In this document: positions 28,370 to 40,646 of the stretch, piece after piece | Layout of the letters: each line of letters opens with the position of its first letter | Position numbering within the stretch: position 1 is the first letter of the stretch | NCBI GenBank assembly: GCA_938091145.1 | Contig: CALKMS010000032.1 | Coordinates: forward strand, 1 to 51,259 | DNA from: an uncultured bacterium | Lineage (GTDB): Bacteria; Actinomycetota; Aquicultoria; SKW223; CALKMS01 | Reading direction: 5' to 3' | DNA length: 51,259 nucleotides | Position numbers and translations under genes: made by a program | Notes under the pieces: model-generated | What the model saw: only the letters and a program-made list of their open reading frames with translations | What the model was told of the DNA's origin: nothing | The model's database searches: none

Positions 28370-29121
28370 TGTCTGGACATTCTAAGTGGGCTCAAATTAA
28401 GAGAAAGAAGTCGAAAGAAGACGCTAAAAGAGGTCAGCTTTTTTCTAAGCTAATCAGGGCAATAATGATGGCAGCAAAAAAAAATCCGAATCCTGATACC
28501 AATCCCCAGTTAGCTCAGGCTATAGATCGAGCCCGTTCTTTTCATGTTCCTCATGAAAATATTGAAAGGGCAATAAAAAGAGCAGCGGGCGAAGGCGAGA
28601 GTGTTAATTATGAACATGTTTTTTATGAAGGGTATGGACCTGGTGGGGTAGCTTATTTAGTGGAAGTAATGACCGATAATCGAAATCGCACTGCTGCCGA
28701 AATTCGAAATATTTTTTCTTCAGCGGGTGGAAGCTTAGCGGAAAGTGGCAGTGTGAGCTGGTTATTCGAGCGCAAAGGCGTTATTGTGGTGAGTGTTAAC
28801 TCGGCTGAGGAAGAAGAAAGTTTGTTAGAGATAGCATTAGAAGAAGAGGCTGAGGACGTTATAACTCGGGAAAACGAGGTGGAAATAATCACTACTTTTG
28901 AGAACTTTCGCCGCGTTAAAGAGGCAATAGCTGAAAAAAATTTTTCCATTGTTTCAGCCGAGATTACTATGGTTCCTCAACGGACAGTTCGAGTGGAAGG
29001 CAATGAAGCCCAAAAAGTTTTGAATCTTTTGGACGCCTTAGAGGAGCACGATGATGTTCAGGAAGTTTATTCCAATTTCGACATTCCCGAGCGCCTACTC
29101 GAGGAATTAGCTGCTTCATAA
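28369..29121 (+). CDS. yebC: YebC/PmpR-family transcriptional regulator
   Basis: MSGHSKWAQIKRKK..., GYGPGGVA, NRNRTAAEIR. Position upstream of ruvC. Confidence 0.93.
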   Translation: MSGHSKWAQIKRKKSKEDAKRGQLFSKLIRAIMMAAKKNPNPDTNPQLAQAIDRARSFHVPHENIERAIKRAAGEGESVNYEHVFYEGYGPGGVAYLVEVMTDNRNRTAAEIRNIFSSAGGSLAESGSVSWLFERKGVIVVSVNSAEEEESLLEIALEEEAEDVITRENEVEIITTFENFRRVKEAIAEKNFSIVSAEITMVPQRTVRVEGNEAQKVLNLLDALEEHDDVQEVYSNFDIPERLLEELAAS

Positions 29122-29631
29122 ATGATTATTTTTGGAGTTGACCCGGGGACAGCAACTACCGGGTACGGAATTGTTGAAGTAAGCGGGGATAGGTTAGTTA
29201 GTGTCAGTTACGGTTGTATTAGAACCTCACCTGAACTCAATCATCAATTTAGACTTCTGAAAATTTATCGGAAACTTATTGACTTGATTGATCTTTATAA
29301 ACCGGATGATATAGCTGTGGAGAAAGTTTTTTTCAATTTAAACTCTAAAACGGCAATGCTGGTAGGAGAAGCTCGAGGTGTGGTAATGTTAGCAGCTGCG
29401 ACTTGCGGTTTGCGTGTTTTTGAGTACACACCTTTACAGATAAAAATGTCTTTGGTGGGTTTTGGACGAGCTGACAAAAAACAGGTTCAGGCAATGGTCA
29501 AAGAGGTTTTAAACCTTGACCAAATACCTTTTCCTGATGACGCAGCTGATGCTTTGGCGGCGGCCGTTTGTCATGCTCATTCGCTAAAATTTATAGAAAA
29601 GGTGGAGAACTCTGATGATTTCGTATCTTGA
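29122..29631 (+). CDS. ruvC: Holliday junction resolvase RuvC
   Basis: IFGVDPGTATTGYG, AVEKVFF, GRADKKQV, DAADALA. Confidence 0.93.
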   Translation: MIIFGVDPGTATTGYGIVEVSGDRLVSVSYGCIRTSPELNHQFRLLKIYRKLIDLIDLYKPDDIAVEKVFFNLNSKTAMLVGEARGVVMLAAATCGLRVFEYTPLQIKMSLVGFGRADKKQVQAMVKEVLNLDQIPFPDDAADALAAAVCHAHSLKFIEKVENSDDFVS

Positions 29632-30217
29632 GGGTGAAGTTATAAGAGTTTTACCTGAATCAGCTGTTTTCTTGGTCGGTGGAGTTGGGTATCAGGTTTA
29701 CCTACCTCAAAAAGAACTAAATTCTTTAAAAGAGGGGGAAAGAAAAGCCATCCATACTTTTTTGCATTTAAAACCTAATGGGATTGAACTTTATGGATTC
29801 TTGGAGGCGGAAGAAAAGGAACTATTTAAAGAACTAATTTCTTTATCTCAGGTTGGCCCTAAAACGGCTCTAGCCATTTTGTCAGCTTTTTCTTTAGCTG
29901 AGTTAGAGTCGATAGTAGCAAAAGGAGATGCTTTAGCATTGGCTCGCGTTCCGGGTTTGGGTCCGAAGACGGCCCGAAAGCTTTTGGGTGACTTGAAGGA
30001 GAAGTTCGCGAGTTTTAAAGGTTGGGCATTGACAGGGGAAAAGAATTTCGAAGGAGAGAAAAAACTTTTAGTAATTGAGGCTCTCACAAGTTTGGGCTAT
30101 CCGATTTCTCAAGCTCGCGAAATAGTTAGAAACCTTGAAGTTGATTTTCAAACTGAGCCAGTTGAAGAAATTGTTCGTTTAGCCTTAAATAAAATGGCTA
30201 TGGGGGCAAACAGTTGA
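29615..30217 (+). CDS. ruvA: Holliday junction branch migration complex subunit RuvA
   Basis: MISYLEG, GVGYQV, HhH repeats ([22 protein letters not shown]), and domain III. Confidence 0.93.
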   Translation: MISYLEGEVIRVLPESAVFLVGGVGYQVYLPQKELNSLKEGERKAIHTFLHLKPNGIELYGFLEAEEKELFKELISLSQVGPKTALAILSAFSLAELESIVAKGDALALARVPGLGPKTARKLLGDLKEKFASFKGWALTGEKNFEGEKKLLVIEALTSLGYPISQAREIVRNLEVDFQTEPVEEIVRLALNKMAMGANS

Positions 30218-31224
30218 CTGACAAGATCTTGCTTTCTTCTTTTCCTTTTGATGAGGACAAAGAAGTTGAAGTTAGTTTGCGCCCTCGCTATTTAAGGGAG
30301 TTTATTGGGCAAAAGAAAATAAAGGAAACACTTTCTATTATTCTCGAGGCTGCTCGCGGCAGATCTGAATGTCTTGACCATCTTCTTTTCTGCGGCCCGC
30401 CGGGCTTGGGGAAAACTACAATGGCTACAATTATTGCTAATGAGTTAAATGCTAGAGTTAAGATTACCTCGGGACCGGCTTTGGAGAGAGCAGGCGACTT
30501 GGCAGCAATTTTGACTTCTTTAGAGGAAGGTGACATTCTTTTTATTGATGAAATTCACCGACTTTCTCGTACGGTAGAGGAAATACTCTACCCTGCTCTT
30601 GAAGATTACAAGCTTGATATTATTATTGGCCGGGGACCATCAGCTCGGACTCTGCGTCTCTACCTTTCACCTTTTACTTTAATTGGCGCAACGACCCGAC
30701 CGGGACTCTTAACAGCACCATTGAGGGATAGGTTTGGTCAGACAATTAGATTTGATTTTTATTCTTCTGAGGAACTTAAGGAAGTCGTTCTTCGTTCAGC
30801 CCAGATTTTGAAAATTCCTGTCACCGAGGGCGGTGCCCTAGAAATTGCCCGGCGCTCTCGAGGCACGCCAAGGGTGGCCAACCGGCTTTTGAGAAGAGTT
30901 AGAGATTATGCGCAGGTGAAAAAGGGCGGCTTGGTTGACGAGCAAGTGGCCAGTGAGGCGTTGGATTTTTATGAAGTTGATGAGAAAGGCTTGGATGCTC
31001 TTGATCGCAAGATTCTTTTAACCTTAATTGAGAAATTTCATTGCAAGCCAGTTGGCTTAAACACCTTAGCGGTTTCGGTCGGCGAAGACCCACAGACCAT
31101 TGAAGACGTTTACGAACCTTATCTTTTGCAGCTGGGATTGGTTCATAGGACTCCTCGAGGGCGAGTTCCGACTGAGCTTGCATTTGAACATTTGGGGCTA
31201 AAGAAAAAAGGGACTCTTTTTTGA
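30214..31224 (+). CDS. ruvB: Holliday junction branch migration DNA helicase RuvB
   Basis: [49 protein letters not shown]. Confidence 0.96.
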   Translation: MTDKILLSSFPFDEDKEVEVSLRPRYLREFIGQKKIKETLSIILEAARGRSECLDHLLFCGPPGLGKTTMATIIANELNARVKITSGPALERAGDLAAILTSLEEGDILFIDEIHRLSRTVEEILYPALEDYKLDIIIGRGPSARTLRLYLSPFTLIGATTRPGLLTAPLRDRFGQTIRFDFYSSEELKEVVLRSAQILKIPVTEGGALEIARRSRGTPRVANRLLRRVRDYAQVKKGGLVDEQVASEALDFYEVDEKGLDALDRKILLTLIEKFHCKPVGLNTLAVSVGEDPQTIEDVYEPYLLQLGLVHRTPRGRVPTELAFEHLGLKKKGTLF

Positions 31225-31249
31225 ATTGAGAGCAAAACTTGATTAAAAT
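31221..31249 (+). promoter_or_regulatory. Possible promoter TTGAAT-N17-TAAAAT; the -10 box ends 6 nt before the GTG start (leaderless candidate)
   Basis: -35 at 31221-31226, 17-nt spacer, -10 at 31244-31249, GTG at 31256. No SD in between. Confidence 0.35.
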
Positions 31250-31255
31250 TATCCT

Positions 31256-31627
31256 GTGAATAAGTCGATTGGTTTAATTTTAATTGCGGTGATTTTTTCG
31301 GTAAGTGGTCAGCTTCTGTTGAAAGCGGGAGCCAATAGAATGGGAAGAGTTGAAACCTCAGCGCTTAAAAATCCATTGCAGGTGGCTTTTTCTTTTCTTA
31401 AGTCGCCCTTGATTCTAGGAGGGCTTTTGCTTTTTGTCATCAGTGCTTTTTTATGGATTATTGCTTTGACACGTGTTGATTTGAGTTTTGCCTATCCATT
31501 GATTGGGACTAGCTATATCCTAATTCTTTTGTTTTCCAGGATTTTTTTTGGTGAAGACGTTAATGTCTTTCGATGGGTTGGAGCCTTGCTAGTTGCTTTG
31601 GGAGTGGCTTTGATTAGCCGGGGGTAG
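31256..31627 (+). CDS. Small 4-TM EamA/ArnE-like (DMT superfamily) membrane protein
   Basis: 123 aa. SVSGQLLLKAG and SFAYPL..GE..RWVGALLVALGV match the ArnE/EamA half-transporter pattern. Confidence 0.65.
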   Translation: MNKSIGLILIAVIFSVSGQLLLKAGANRMGRVETSALKNPLQVAFSFLKSPLILGGLLLFVISAFLWIIALTRVDLSFAYPLIGTSYILILLFSRIFFGEDVNVFRWVGALLVALGVALISRG

Positions 31628-31629
31628 TT

Positions 31630-32187
31630 GTGAGTTTGGTTTTGCATGTTTGTTGTTCTCCTTGTGCAATCTATCCTGTTACTTTATTGAGGAAGGACGA
31701 GCCAGACTTGCTGCTTTATTATTTTAATCCAAATATTCACCCTTATCAGGAGTATCAGAAAAGACTAGAAAGTTTTCGGCAGTTATCAGCTGAGTTAGGT
31801 TTGAGCAGTAAAATTGGCGATTATCGGCCAGAAATTTATTTTCAGTCAATTGGGTTGGCGACGGAAAAACCTGTTAGATGTCGCTCTTGCTATTCGTTGA
31901 GGCTTAGGGAAACTGCTCGTTTGGCTAAAAGTCTTGGTATATACCGAATGACTACAACTTTGTTGGTCAGCCCTTATCAGGAACATGAGCTTGTTCGTGA
32001 AGAAGGGGAAAAAGCGGCTCGGGATTTTGGGGTTGAGTTTGTTTATTTTGATTTTCGTTCTGGTTATTATCAGGGGCTAAATGAAGCCAGGGAGAAGGGA
32101 TTTTATCGGCAGTGGTATTGCGGATGTTTGTTTAGCGAGATGGAGCGCGTGAAAGAGAAAGAGGTGAAGAAAAGTGCGCGAGCTTGA
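31630..32187 (+). CDS. queH: Epoxyqueuosine reductase QueH (DUF208)
   Basis: LHVCCSPC N-terminal motif, RCRSCY, YCGCLFSE C-terminal motif. Adjacent to queA. Confidence 0.85.
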   Translation: MSLVLHVCCSPCAIYPVTLLRKDEPDLLLYYFNPNIHPYQEYQKRLESFRQLSAELGLSSKIGDYRPEIYFQSIGLATEKPVRCRSCYSLRLRETARLAKSLGIYRMTTTLLVSPYQEHELVREEGEKAARDFGVEFVYFDFRSGYYQGLNEAREKGFYRQWYCGCLFSEMERVKEKEVKKSARA

Positions 32188-32415
32188 TTTTTTCGGAAAG
32201 ATGCTCCTTTTAATGGGATTGCTGATGGCAATAACCGGTTTGCTTCTAATATTTCTTTCTCGAGTTTTTAAAAGTGGGGGATTTGGACTTTTGCCAGGAG
32301 ATATTTTAATTAAGCGAGGGAATTTCACTTTCTTTTTTCCTATAGCAACTGGCTTGATTTTAAGCCTTATTTTGACTTTGATTTTAAATCTTTTGTTCTG
32401 GTTTTTAAACCGGAA

Positions 32416-32419
<4 letters not shown>
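32174..32419 (+). CDS. DUF2905 small membrane protein
   Basis: 81 aa, two TM segments flanking GLLPGDILIKRGNFTFFFPI. Overlaps the queH end (14 nt) and the queA start (ATGA). Confidence 0.7.
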
Positions 32420-35479
<3,060 letters not shown>

Positions 35480-35480
35480 G

Positions 35481-36176
35481 GTGAGCGAAAAAAACTCATT
35501 TTTAAACTCCTGCCTATCTTCCCCTTTTTTAGTTTTATGTCTTTGGGTTTGTTGGGGCGGTTTTCTCTGGTTAATTATTAATTTTTTTTTGGCGCATAGG
35601 TTAATGAGAGAGGGGCCGGCTGTTATTTTATTTGCTTTATTATTTTTTTATTTGGGAGGTCTACTTTTAATTTGGTTTTTTCGAGCAAGGAGAGCTGGAT
35701 GGTCATCTGTGGGTTTTTCAGGTTTTGCTTTATCGGCATTTATTTGGGGATTGTTTGCTTTTTGTCTTTTTACTTTGTTCACTGCTTTTTATGGATATTT
35801 ATTACGGTCCCTTTTTGGCTGCAACTTGTATGAAGTATATGACCTTTCTCCCTTTTTCTTTAGAATTAAGGGCTTTTGGTTACTGCCTGCTTTTTTAGTG
35901 ATTGGCCTTTTAGGCCCTTTGACAGAAGAGTTGTTTTTTCGGGGTTACATCTATCTTTACCTAAAAGAAAAAAAAGGTTTTTTCCCCGCTTTGTTCATTT
36001 CAAGTTTTGTATTTTCGCTTTTACACTTTTTGCTTTTACTTATACCTCCCTTTTTGTTTTTTGTAATTTTGTCTGCATTGATGCTTGAAAAAAGGAATTC
36101 TCTTGACGCCAGCCTAATTTTTCATATACTCAATAATGTTTTAGCACTTATTTTTTACCTTTTTTTGCGATCTTAA
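35481..36176 (+). CDS. CPBP-family intramembrane glutamic endopeptidase (CAAX protease-like)
   Basis: Polytopic membrane protein with motifs TEELFFRGYIY, FSLLH and HILNN. Confidence 0.8.
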   Translation: MSEKNSFLNSCLSSPFLVLCLWVCWGGFLWLIINFFLAHRLMREGPAVILFALLFFYLGGLLLIWFFRARRAGWSSVGFSGFALSAFIWGLFAFCLFTLFTAFYGYLLRSLFGCNLYEVYDLSPFFFRIKGFWLLPAFLVIGLLGPLTEELFFRGYIYLYLKEKKGFFPALFISSFVFSLLHFLLLLIPPFLFFVILSALMLEKRNSLDASLIFHILNNVLALIFYLFLRS

Positions 36177-36187
36177 GGAGTTGGGCA

Positions 36188-36469
36188 ATGATTTCTCGAG
36201 AAGATGTTGAGCATATCGCCTGGCTAGCTAGGCTAGAACTTACCGAAGAAGAGATTGAGAAGTTTACTAAGCAGCTCGGTCAGATTCTTGAACATGCGGG
36301 CAAAATTAAAGAAGTCGACACTCGTAACATTAAGCCAACTTCTCATCCTTGGCCTTTGAAAAATGTTTTTCGAGAGGATGTACCCAGAGAATCAATTCCT
36401 TTGGAAAAGGCTTTAAAAAATGCTCCTCAAAAGGAATCAGGAGCCTTTATGGTGCCTAAGATAACTTAA
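36188..36469 (+). CDS. gatC: Asp/Glu-tRNA amidotransferase subunit C
   Basis: ISREDVEHIAWLARLELTEEE...; 93 aa, upstream of gatA. Confidence 0.93.
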   Translation: MISREDVEHIAWLARLELTEEEIEKFTKQLGQILEHAGKIKEVDTRNIKPTSHPWPLKNVFREDVPRESIPLEKALKNAPQKESGAFMVPKIT

Positions 36470-36473
36470 GATA

Positions 36474-37919
36474 ATGAGTAAGAGATTGCATCCCTTGGCT
36501 CAAAAATTTTTTAAAGGAGAATTAACACCTTCAGAACTTTTAGAGTCTTATCTAGTTAGAATAGAAAAGCATAATCCCTCCCTAAACGCTTATTTGACGG
36601 TTTCCTTTGATGAAGCTCTTAGTCAGGCTAAAAAAGTGGAAGAAAAGATAGTTAGAGGGGATGATTTGGGCGTATTAGCGGGCGTGCCTGTGGCGGTAAA
36701 AGACAATATTTGTACCGAAGGGATAAGAACGACTTGTGCTTCAAAAATTTTAGAGAACTTTATCCCGATTTATGATGCTACGGTTATCGAGAAGTTGAAA
36801 GCTGAAGACGCTATAATTGTTGGCAAGACCAACATGGATGAGTTTGCTATGGGTTCTTCCACTGAAAATTCAGCTTTTGGACCATCTAAAAACCCCTGGG
36901 ATTTGGATCGAACGCCGGGTGGTTCTTCGGGAGGGTCGGCGGTAGCGGTGGCTGCTGATCTTGCACCGTTGGCTTTGGGTTCTGACACTGGAGGTTCAAT
37001 TCGTCAACCGGCTGCTTTTTGCGGGCTGGTAGGTCTTAAACCGACTTATGGTTTGGTGTCTCGCTATGGTTTGGTTGCTTTTGCTTCTTCATTGGATCAA
37101 GTTGGTCCGATGGCAAAGAATGTTGCTGATTGCGCTTTTTTGCTTCAGGTTATAGCAGGTCACGATCCAAAAGACTCTACCTCTTTTCCTAACGAGGTGC
37201 CAGATTATTTAGCTTGTTTGGAAGAACCTTTTAAGAAAATGAAAGTGGGTGTTGTGAGGGAACTGGCTGGTGAGGGAATAGAAAAAGGAGTAAAGGAAGT
37301 TTTCGATTGGGCGCTTAATAGGTTAGCTGACGCAGGGGTTATTGTTGAGGAAGTTTCTCTCCCTTCTTTTGAATACGCACTCTCCGCCTACTATTTAATA
37401 GCTCCTGCTGAAGCCAGTTCAAATTTAGCACGGTACGATGGCGTTCGTTATGGTTATCGTGACTTCGAGGCAAAAGATATTTGGGAAATGTACGCTAAAA
37501 CACGGGCAGAGGGTTTTGGAGCTGAGGTAAAGAGAAGGATAATGTTGGGGACTTATGCTTTATCCGCAGGTTACTATGAGGCTTACTATGGTCAAGCTCA
37601 GAAGATCAGGACTTTGATAATTCAGGACTTTAATCGTGCTTTTGAACAGTACGATCTTTTGGTGTCACCGACTGCACCCACCGTTCCTTTTAAGCTTGGC
37701 GAGAAAGTTGATGACCCTCTGCAAATGTATCTTTCAGATGTCTGCACTATTCCAGTTAATCTAGCGGGTTTGCCTGCAATTTCTATTCCGGCTGGCCTTT
37801 CTGATGGCTTACCCGTTGGATTTCAAATAATAGGCTCCTCTTTCAGCGAACCGATGGTTTTCCAACTTGCTAAATTAGCTGAAGAAGCCTTTTCTTTTCA
37901 GTTTAAACCTTCATATTAG
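36474..37919 (+). CDS. gatA: Asp/Glu-tRNA amidotransferase subunit A
   Basis: Amidase signature GGSSGGSAVAVAA..GSDTGGSIRQPA, and VAVKDN. Confidence 0.96.
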   Translation: MSKRLHPLAQKFFKGELTPSELLESYLVRIEKHNPSLNAYLTVSFDEALSQAKKVEEKIVRGDDLGVLAGVPVAVKDNICTEGIRTTCASKILENFIPIYDATVIEKLKAEDAIIVGKTNMDEFAMGSSTENSAFGPSKNPWDLDRTPGGSSGGSAVAVAADLAPLALGSDTGGSIRQPAAFCGLVGLKPTYGLVSRYGLVAFASSLDQVGPMAKNVADCAFLLQVIAGHDPKDSTSFPNEVPDYLACLEEPFKKMKVGVVRELAGEGIEKGVKEVFDWALNRLADAGVIVEEVSLPSFEYALSAYYLIAPAEASSNLARYDGVRYGYRDFEAKDIWEMYAKTRAEGFGAEVKRRIMLGTYALSAGYYEAYYGQAQKIRTLIIQDFNRAFEQYDLLVSPTAPTVPFKLGEKVDDPLQMYLSDVCTIPVNLAGLPAISIPAGLSDGLPVGFQIIGSSFSEPMVFQLAKLAEEAFSFQFKPSY

Positions 37920-38002
37920 ATTAAAAGTTTAAAGCTATTTTTTTGGGCGTTTCAGGTGTGTTCCTTTTCAGATCAATGATAAACGCCGAAATTACCAAAA
38001 AA

Positions 38003-38854
38003 TTATTGAGATTTTTTCACCAATGCTTTGTAAGCTTGATGAATTTTTTGGTAAATCGGGCCAGGGTGTCCGCTGCCAATTTTTCTACCCTCTACTTCAA
38101 CAACTGGCATAACTTCCTTTAAAGTGCTGGTAATGAAAATCTCTTCTGCTTCAAAAATTTCATCTTTTTTGACTGTTCTTTCTATGGGGTTAATCCCAAT
38201 AGTGGGAGCGATTTCCAAGATTATTTCTCGGGTGATTCCAGGAAGAAGACCAGCTTCAACCGGTGGGGTGATAATTTCATTTTTTTTAACGAGGAACACG
38301 TTAGAAAGAGTGGCTTCAGTGAGTTCGTCGTTAAAGTTGAGATAAAAACCTTCATCTATTCCCTTTTTTTTAAGCTCTCTAAGCGCAATTAAGCGGTTAA
38401 TAAAGGAAGTTGTTTTTAGCTGGGAAAGAATTGAGCTCTGATTGATCCTTTCTTCTAAAAACGTAGCCTTAAGGCCATTGCGATAATAGCGGAAAGGATA
38501 GTTTTTGAAGGGTTTTACGAAGATAAAAACAGTTGGTGGAGTCGTGTGTTTAGGGTAGGGAAAGCCTTCGCTTATTCCGTTGCTAATGGTAATCCTTATT
38601 TTCGCATCAGTTAAGTGGTTTATTTTTATCAGTTTTTCACTGGCTCTTTTTAGTTCATTAAGAGGAGGCAAAGGAATTTTTAAAATCTTAGCTGATTTCG
38701 CTAAGCGGTTGAGGTGACGGCCTAGGGCAAAAGGGGAACCGTTGTAAACTCGAATAGTTTCAAAGAGACCATACCCGTAAAGGAAGCCGAAGTCAAAGGG
38801 ATTAATTGAAGCTTCATGTGCTTTAATGAAATCCCCGTTAAGGTAGACAAACAT
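38003..38854 (-). CDS. pabC: Class IV aminotransferase-fold protein, probably aminodeoxychorismate lyase (PabC)
   Basis: 283 aa. GYGLFETIRV, NRLI..RELKKKG, LPGITR. Start overlaps the stop of the chorismate-binding enzyme gene. D-amino-acid or BCAT activity is not excluded. Confidence 0.7.
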   Translation of the reverse strand: MFVYLNGDFIKAHEASINPFDFGFLYGYGLFETIRVYNGSPFALGRHLNRLAKSAKILKIPLPPLNELKRASEKLIKINHLTDAKIRITISNGISEGFPYPKHTTPPTVFIFVKPFKNYPFRYYRNGLKATFLEERINQSSILSQLKTTSFINRLIALRELKKKGIDEGFYLNFNDELTEATLSNVFLVKKNEIITPPVEAGLLPGITREIILEIAPTIGINPIERTVKKDEIFEAEEIFITSTLKEVMPVVEVEGRKIGSGHPGPIYQKIHQAYKALVKKSQ

Positions 38855-40254
38855 CAGCCACTCAGAACTTTAAAAAGCGCTTGTCCTTTCTGTAAGGTTT
38901 CTTCATATTCTAATTCAGGTTGAGAGTCAGCTACAATCCCTCCTCCTACCTGAAAAAAAGCTTGATTTTCTCTGACTATTACTGTTCTAATAACAATGTT
39001 TAAGTCCATTTGGCCATTAAATGAGATATAACCAAGCGTTCCTGTGTAAGGTCCTCTTTTAGTGGGTTCAAGCTCTTCAATAATTTCCATTGCTCTCACT
39101 TTTGGAGCACCCGTAATTGAACCACCTGGAAAGGTGGCTCGGAGAAGATCAAACTGATCGATTCCGTTTTTTAATTGAGCCTTAACAATTGACACTAAAT
39201 GGTGAACGGTAGCGTATTTTTCCACTTTGAAAAGTTTTTTAACTCTAACCGATCCGGTTTTCGCTACCTTTCCGAGGTCGTTGCGTTCAAGATCAACTAT
39301 CATCAGATTTTCTGCTCTCTCTTTCGAACTGCTAAGTAGTTCTTTTGCTAACTCACGATCTCTAGTCGGATCAATGCTTCGGGGCCGAGTACCTTTTATT
39401 GGCCGGGTTTCTACAGTTCCATCGGGTTTTAGAAGGAGAAATCTTTCGGGTGATGAGCAAATGAGGGAGATCTCTGGGAAGCCAAGATAAGCAGCAAAAG
39501 GCACTGGGTTAATTTCCTGTAAGCGTGAAAATATTTCGAAAGGGTGAAAGCTTAAATCATTTTGGAATCGCTGAGAAAGATTTACCTGAAAAATGTCACC
39601 GGCGTAGATATAATCGATAGCTTTTTTGACTGCTTCAAGATATTTTTTTCTGGTGAAGTTTGATTTAAAAGATTTGTTGCCTTTAAATCGGTGATTTTTC
39701 CAAGGTAAATGAAGTGGTCTTTCTTTGATGATTTTGATTATCTCACTTTCGGTTAAAGTAGATTTTTCAGTGACAATCAAAAAGGCTTCTTTTTTTAGAT
39801 GGTCTTCAATAATTGCCCAGCCGTAAAATCCTAAATAAAGAAGAGGAGCTTTTAAGTCGTTTTCAGCAAAAGATGGTAGTTTTTCGATAAAGTCTTTAAG
39901 ATCATAGGAAAAGTAACCAATTGCTCCACCAACAAAAGGGAGTTCGGGACTTTTAATTTTGCTTGGAAGGGTGGATAACCAGACCTTTTTTAAAGTTTCC
40001 AAGGGGTCGCCCTTGATAAACTTTTCTTCTTTATCCGTTTTCACTATCACTGTTTCTAGTTCGGCTTTAAACGTTAAGTAGGGTTCGGCTGTTAAAATTG
40101 AATAGCGACCGGTTTCCGGGTTAAAGTAACTGCTTTCAAGTAAAACCGGATGAGAAAGATGTGAAATCGAAGGAAATAGATTTCTCAAGGGGAAAAGCTT
40201 TTCTCTTGGTATAAGATGTTTTAAATTTATTATTTCAACGGTGTTTATTTCCAC
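38854..40254 (-). CDS. pabB: Aminodeoxychorismate synthase component I (chorismate-binding enzyme; PabB-like)
   Basis: C-terminal chorismate-binding signature (FPGGSITGAPK, RGPYTG..GYISF, VGGGIVADS). The track's start 40362 overlaps the rpsT promoter and start, so GTG 40254 is used (no good SD; TTG near 40188 is an alternative). Confidence 0.8.
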   Translation of the reverse strand: MEINTVEIINLKHLIPREKLFPLRNLFPSISHLSHPVLLESSYFNPETGRYSILTAEPYLTFKAELETVIVKTDKEEKFIKGDPLETLKKVWLSTLPSKIKSPELPFVGGAIGYFSYDLKDFIEKLPSFAENDLKAPLLYLGFYGWAIIEDHLKKEAFLIVTEKSTLTESEIIKIIKERPLHLPWKNHRFKGNKSFKSNFTRKKYLEAVKKAIDYIYAGDIFQVNLSQRFQNDLSFHPFEIFSRLQEINPVPFAAYLGFPEISLICSSPERFLLLKPDGTVETRPIKGTRPRSIDPTRDRELAKELLSSSKERAENLMIVDLERNDLGKVAKTGSVRVKKLFKVEKYATVHHLVSIVKAQLKNGIDQFDLLRATFPGGSITGAPKVRAMEIIEELEPTKRGPYTGTLGYISFNGQMDLNIVIRTVIVRENQAFFQVGGGIVADSQPELEYEETLQKGQALFKVLSG

Positions 40255-40293
40255 GGTATAAATCTTAGCTGAAATTGGCCTGAAAAAAAATGG

Positions 40294-40322
40294 TTGCTCT
40301 AAATTATTACCTCTGCTATGAT
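40294..40322 (+). promoter_or_regulatory. Probable rpsT promoter (TTGCTC-N17-TATGAT)
   Basis: -35 at 40294-40299, 17-nt spacer, -10 at 40317-40322, followed by AAGGAGG and ATG 40344. Confidence 0.5.
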
Positions 40323-40343
40323 ATGGCAATTTAAGGAGGTAAA

Positions 40344-40646
40344 ATGCCAAATATAAAGTCAAAAGCCAAGAGGATGAGGCAAGCGGAGAAGCGGAGATTG
40401 AGAAACAAGGCGGTTAAGACAAGAGTAAAAAATGTTATTAAAGAATTTAAGGAAATTTTAGAAACTGGGAAAAGTGAAGAGGCTTTAACTCAGCTTCCGT
40501 TGGTTTATAAGATCCTTGATAAGGCGGCATCAAAGGGAGTAATTCATAGGCGTCGAGCAGCTTCTCTCAAGTCAAAGCTGACAAAGAAACTTAATCAGCT
40601 TTCCCAGAATTTTCCCAAAGTTGAAAAATCTTCTCCAGCAAGATAA
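40344..40646 (+). CDS. rpsT: 30S ribosomal protein S20 (with a C-terminal extension of about 12-15 aa)
   Basis: MPNIKSKAKRMRQAEKRRLRNKAVK...KGVIHRRRAASLKSKL. Strong SD. The 3' end overlaps the convergent holA by 56 nt. Confidence 0.92.
   Translation: MPNIKSKAKRMRQAEKRRLRNKAVKTRVKNVIKEFKEILETGKSEEALTQLPLVYKILDKAASKGVIHRRRAASLKSKLTKKLNQLSQNFPKVEKSSPAR

Noticed and set aside
37945-37995. Inverted repeat GGCGTTT...AAACGCC between the convergent gatA and pabC, considered as a bidirectional terminator.
   Set aside because: The loop is 28 nt. The T tract lies 5' and the A tract 3' of the stem on the + strand, and the mirror arrangement holds on the minus strand. Neither strand therefore gets a U run after the hairpin.
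40255-40362. The ORF track's 36-codon N-terminal extension of the pabB-like gene.
   Set aside because: It would overlap the divergent rpsT start codon, SD and a well-formed promoter (40294-40322). The family alignment needs only about 20-30 residues before the LLES motif.
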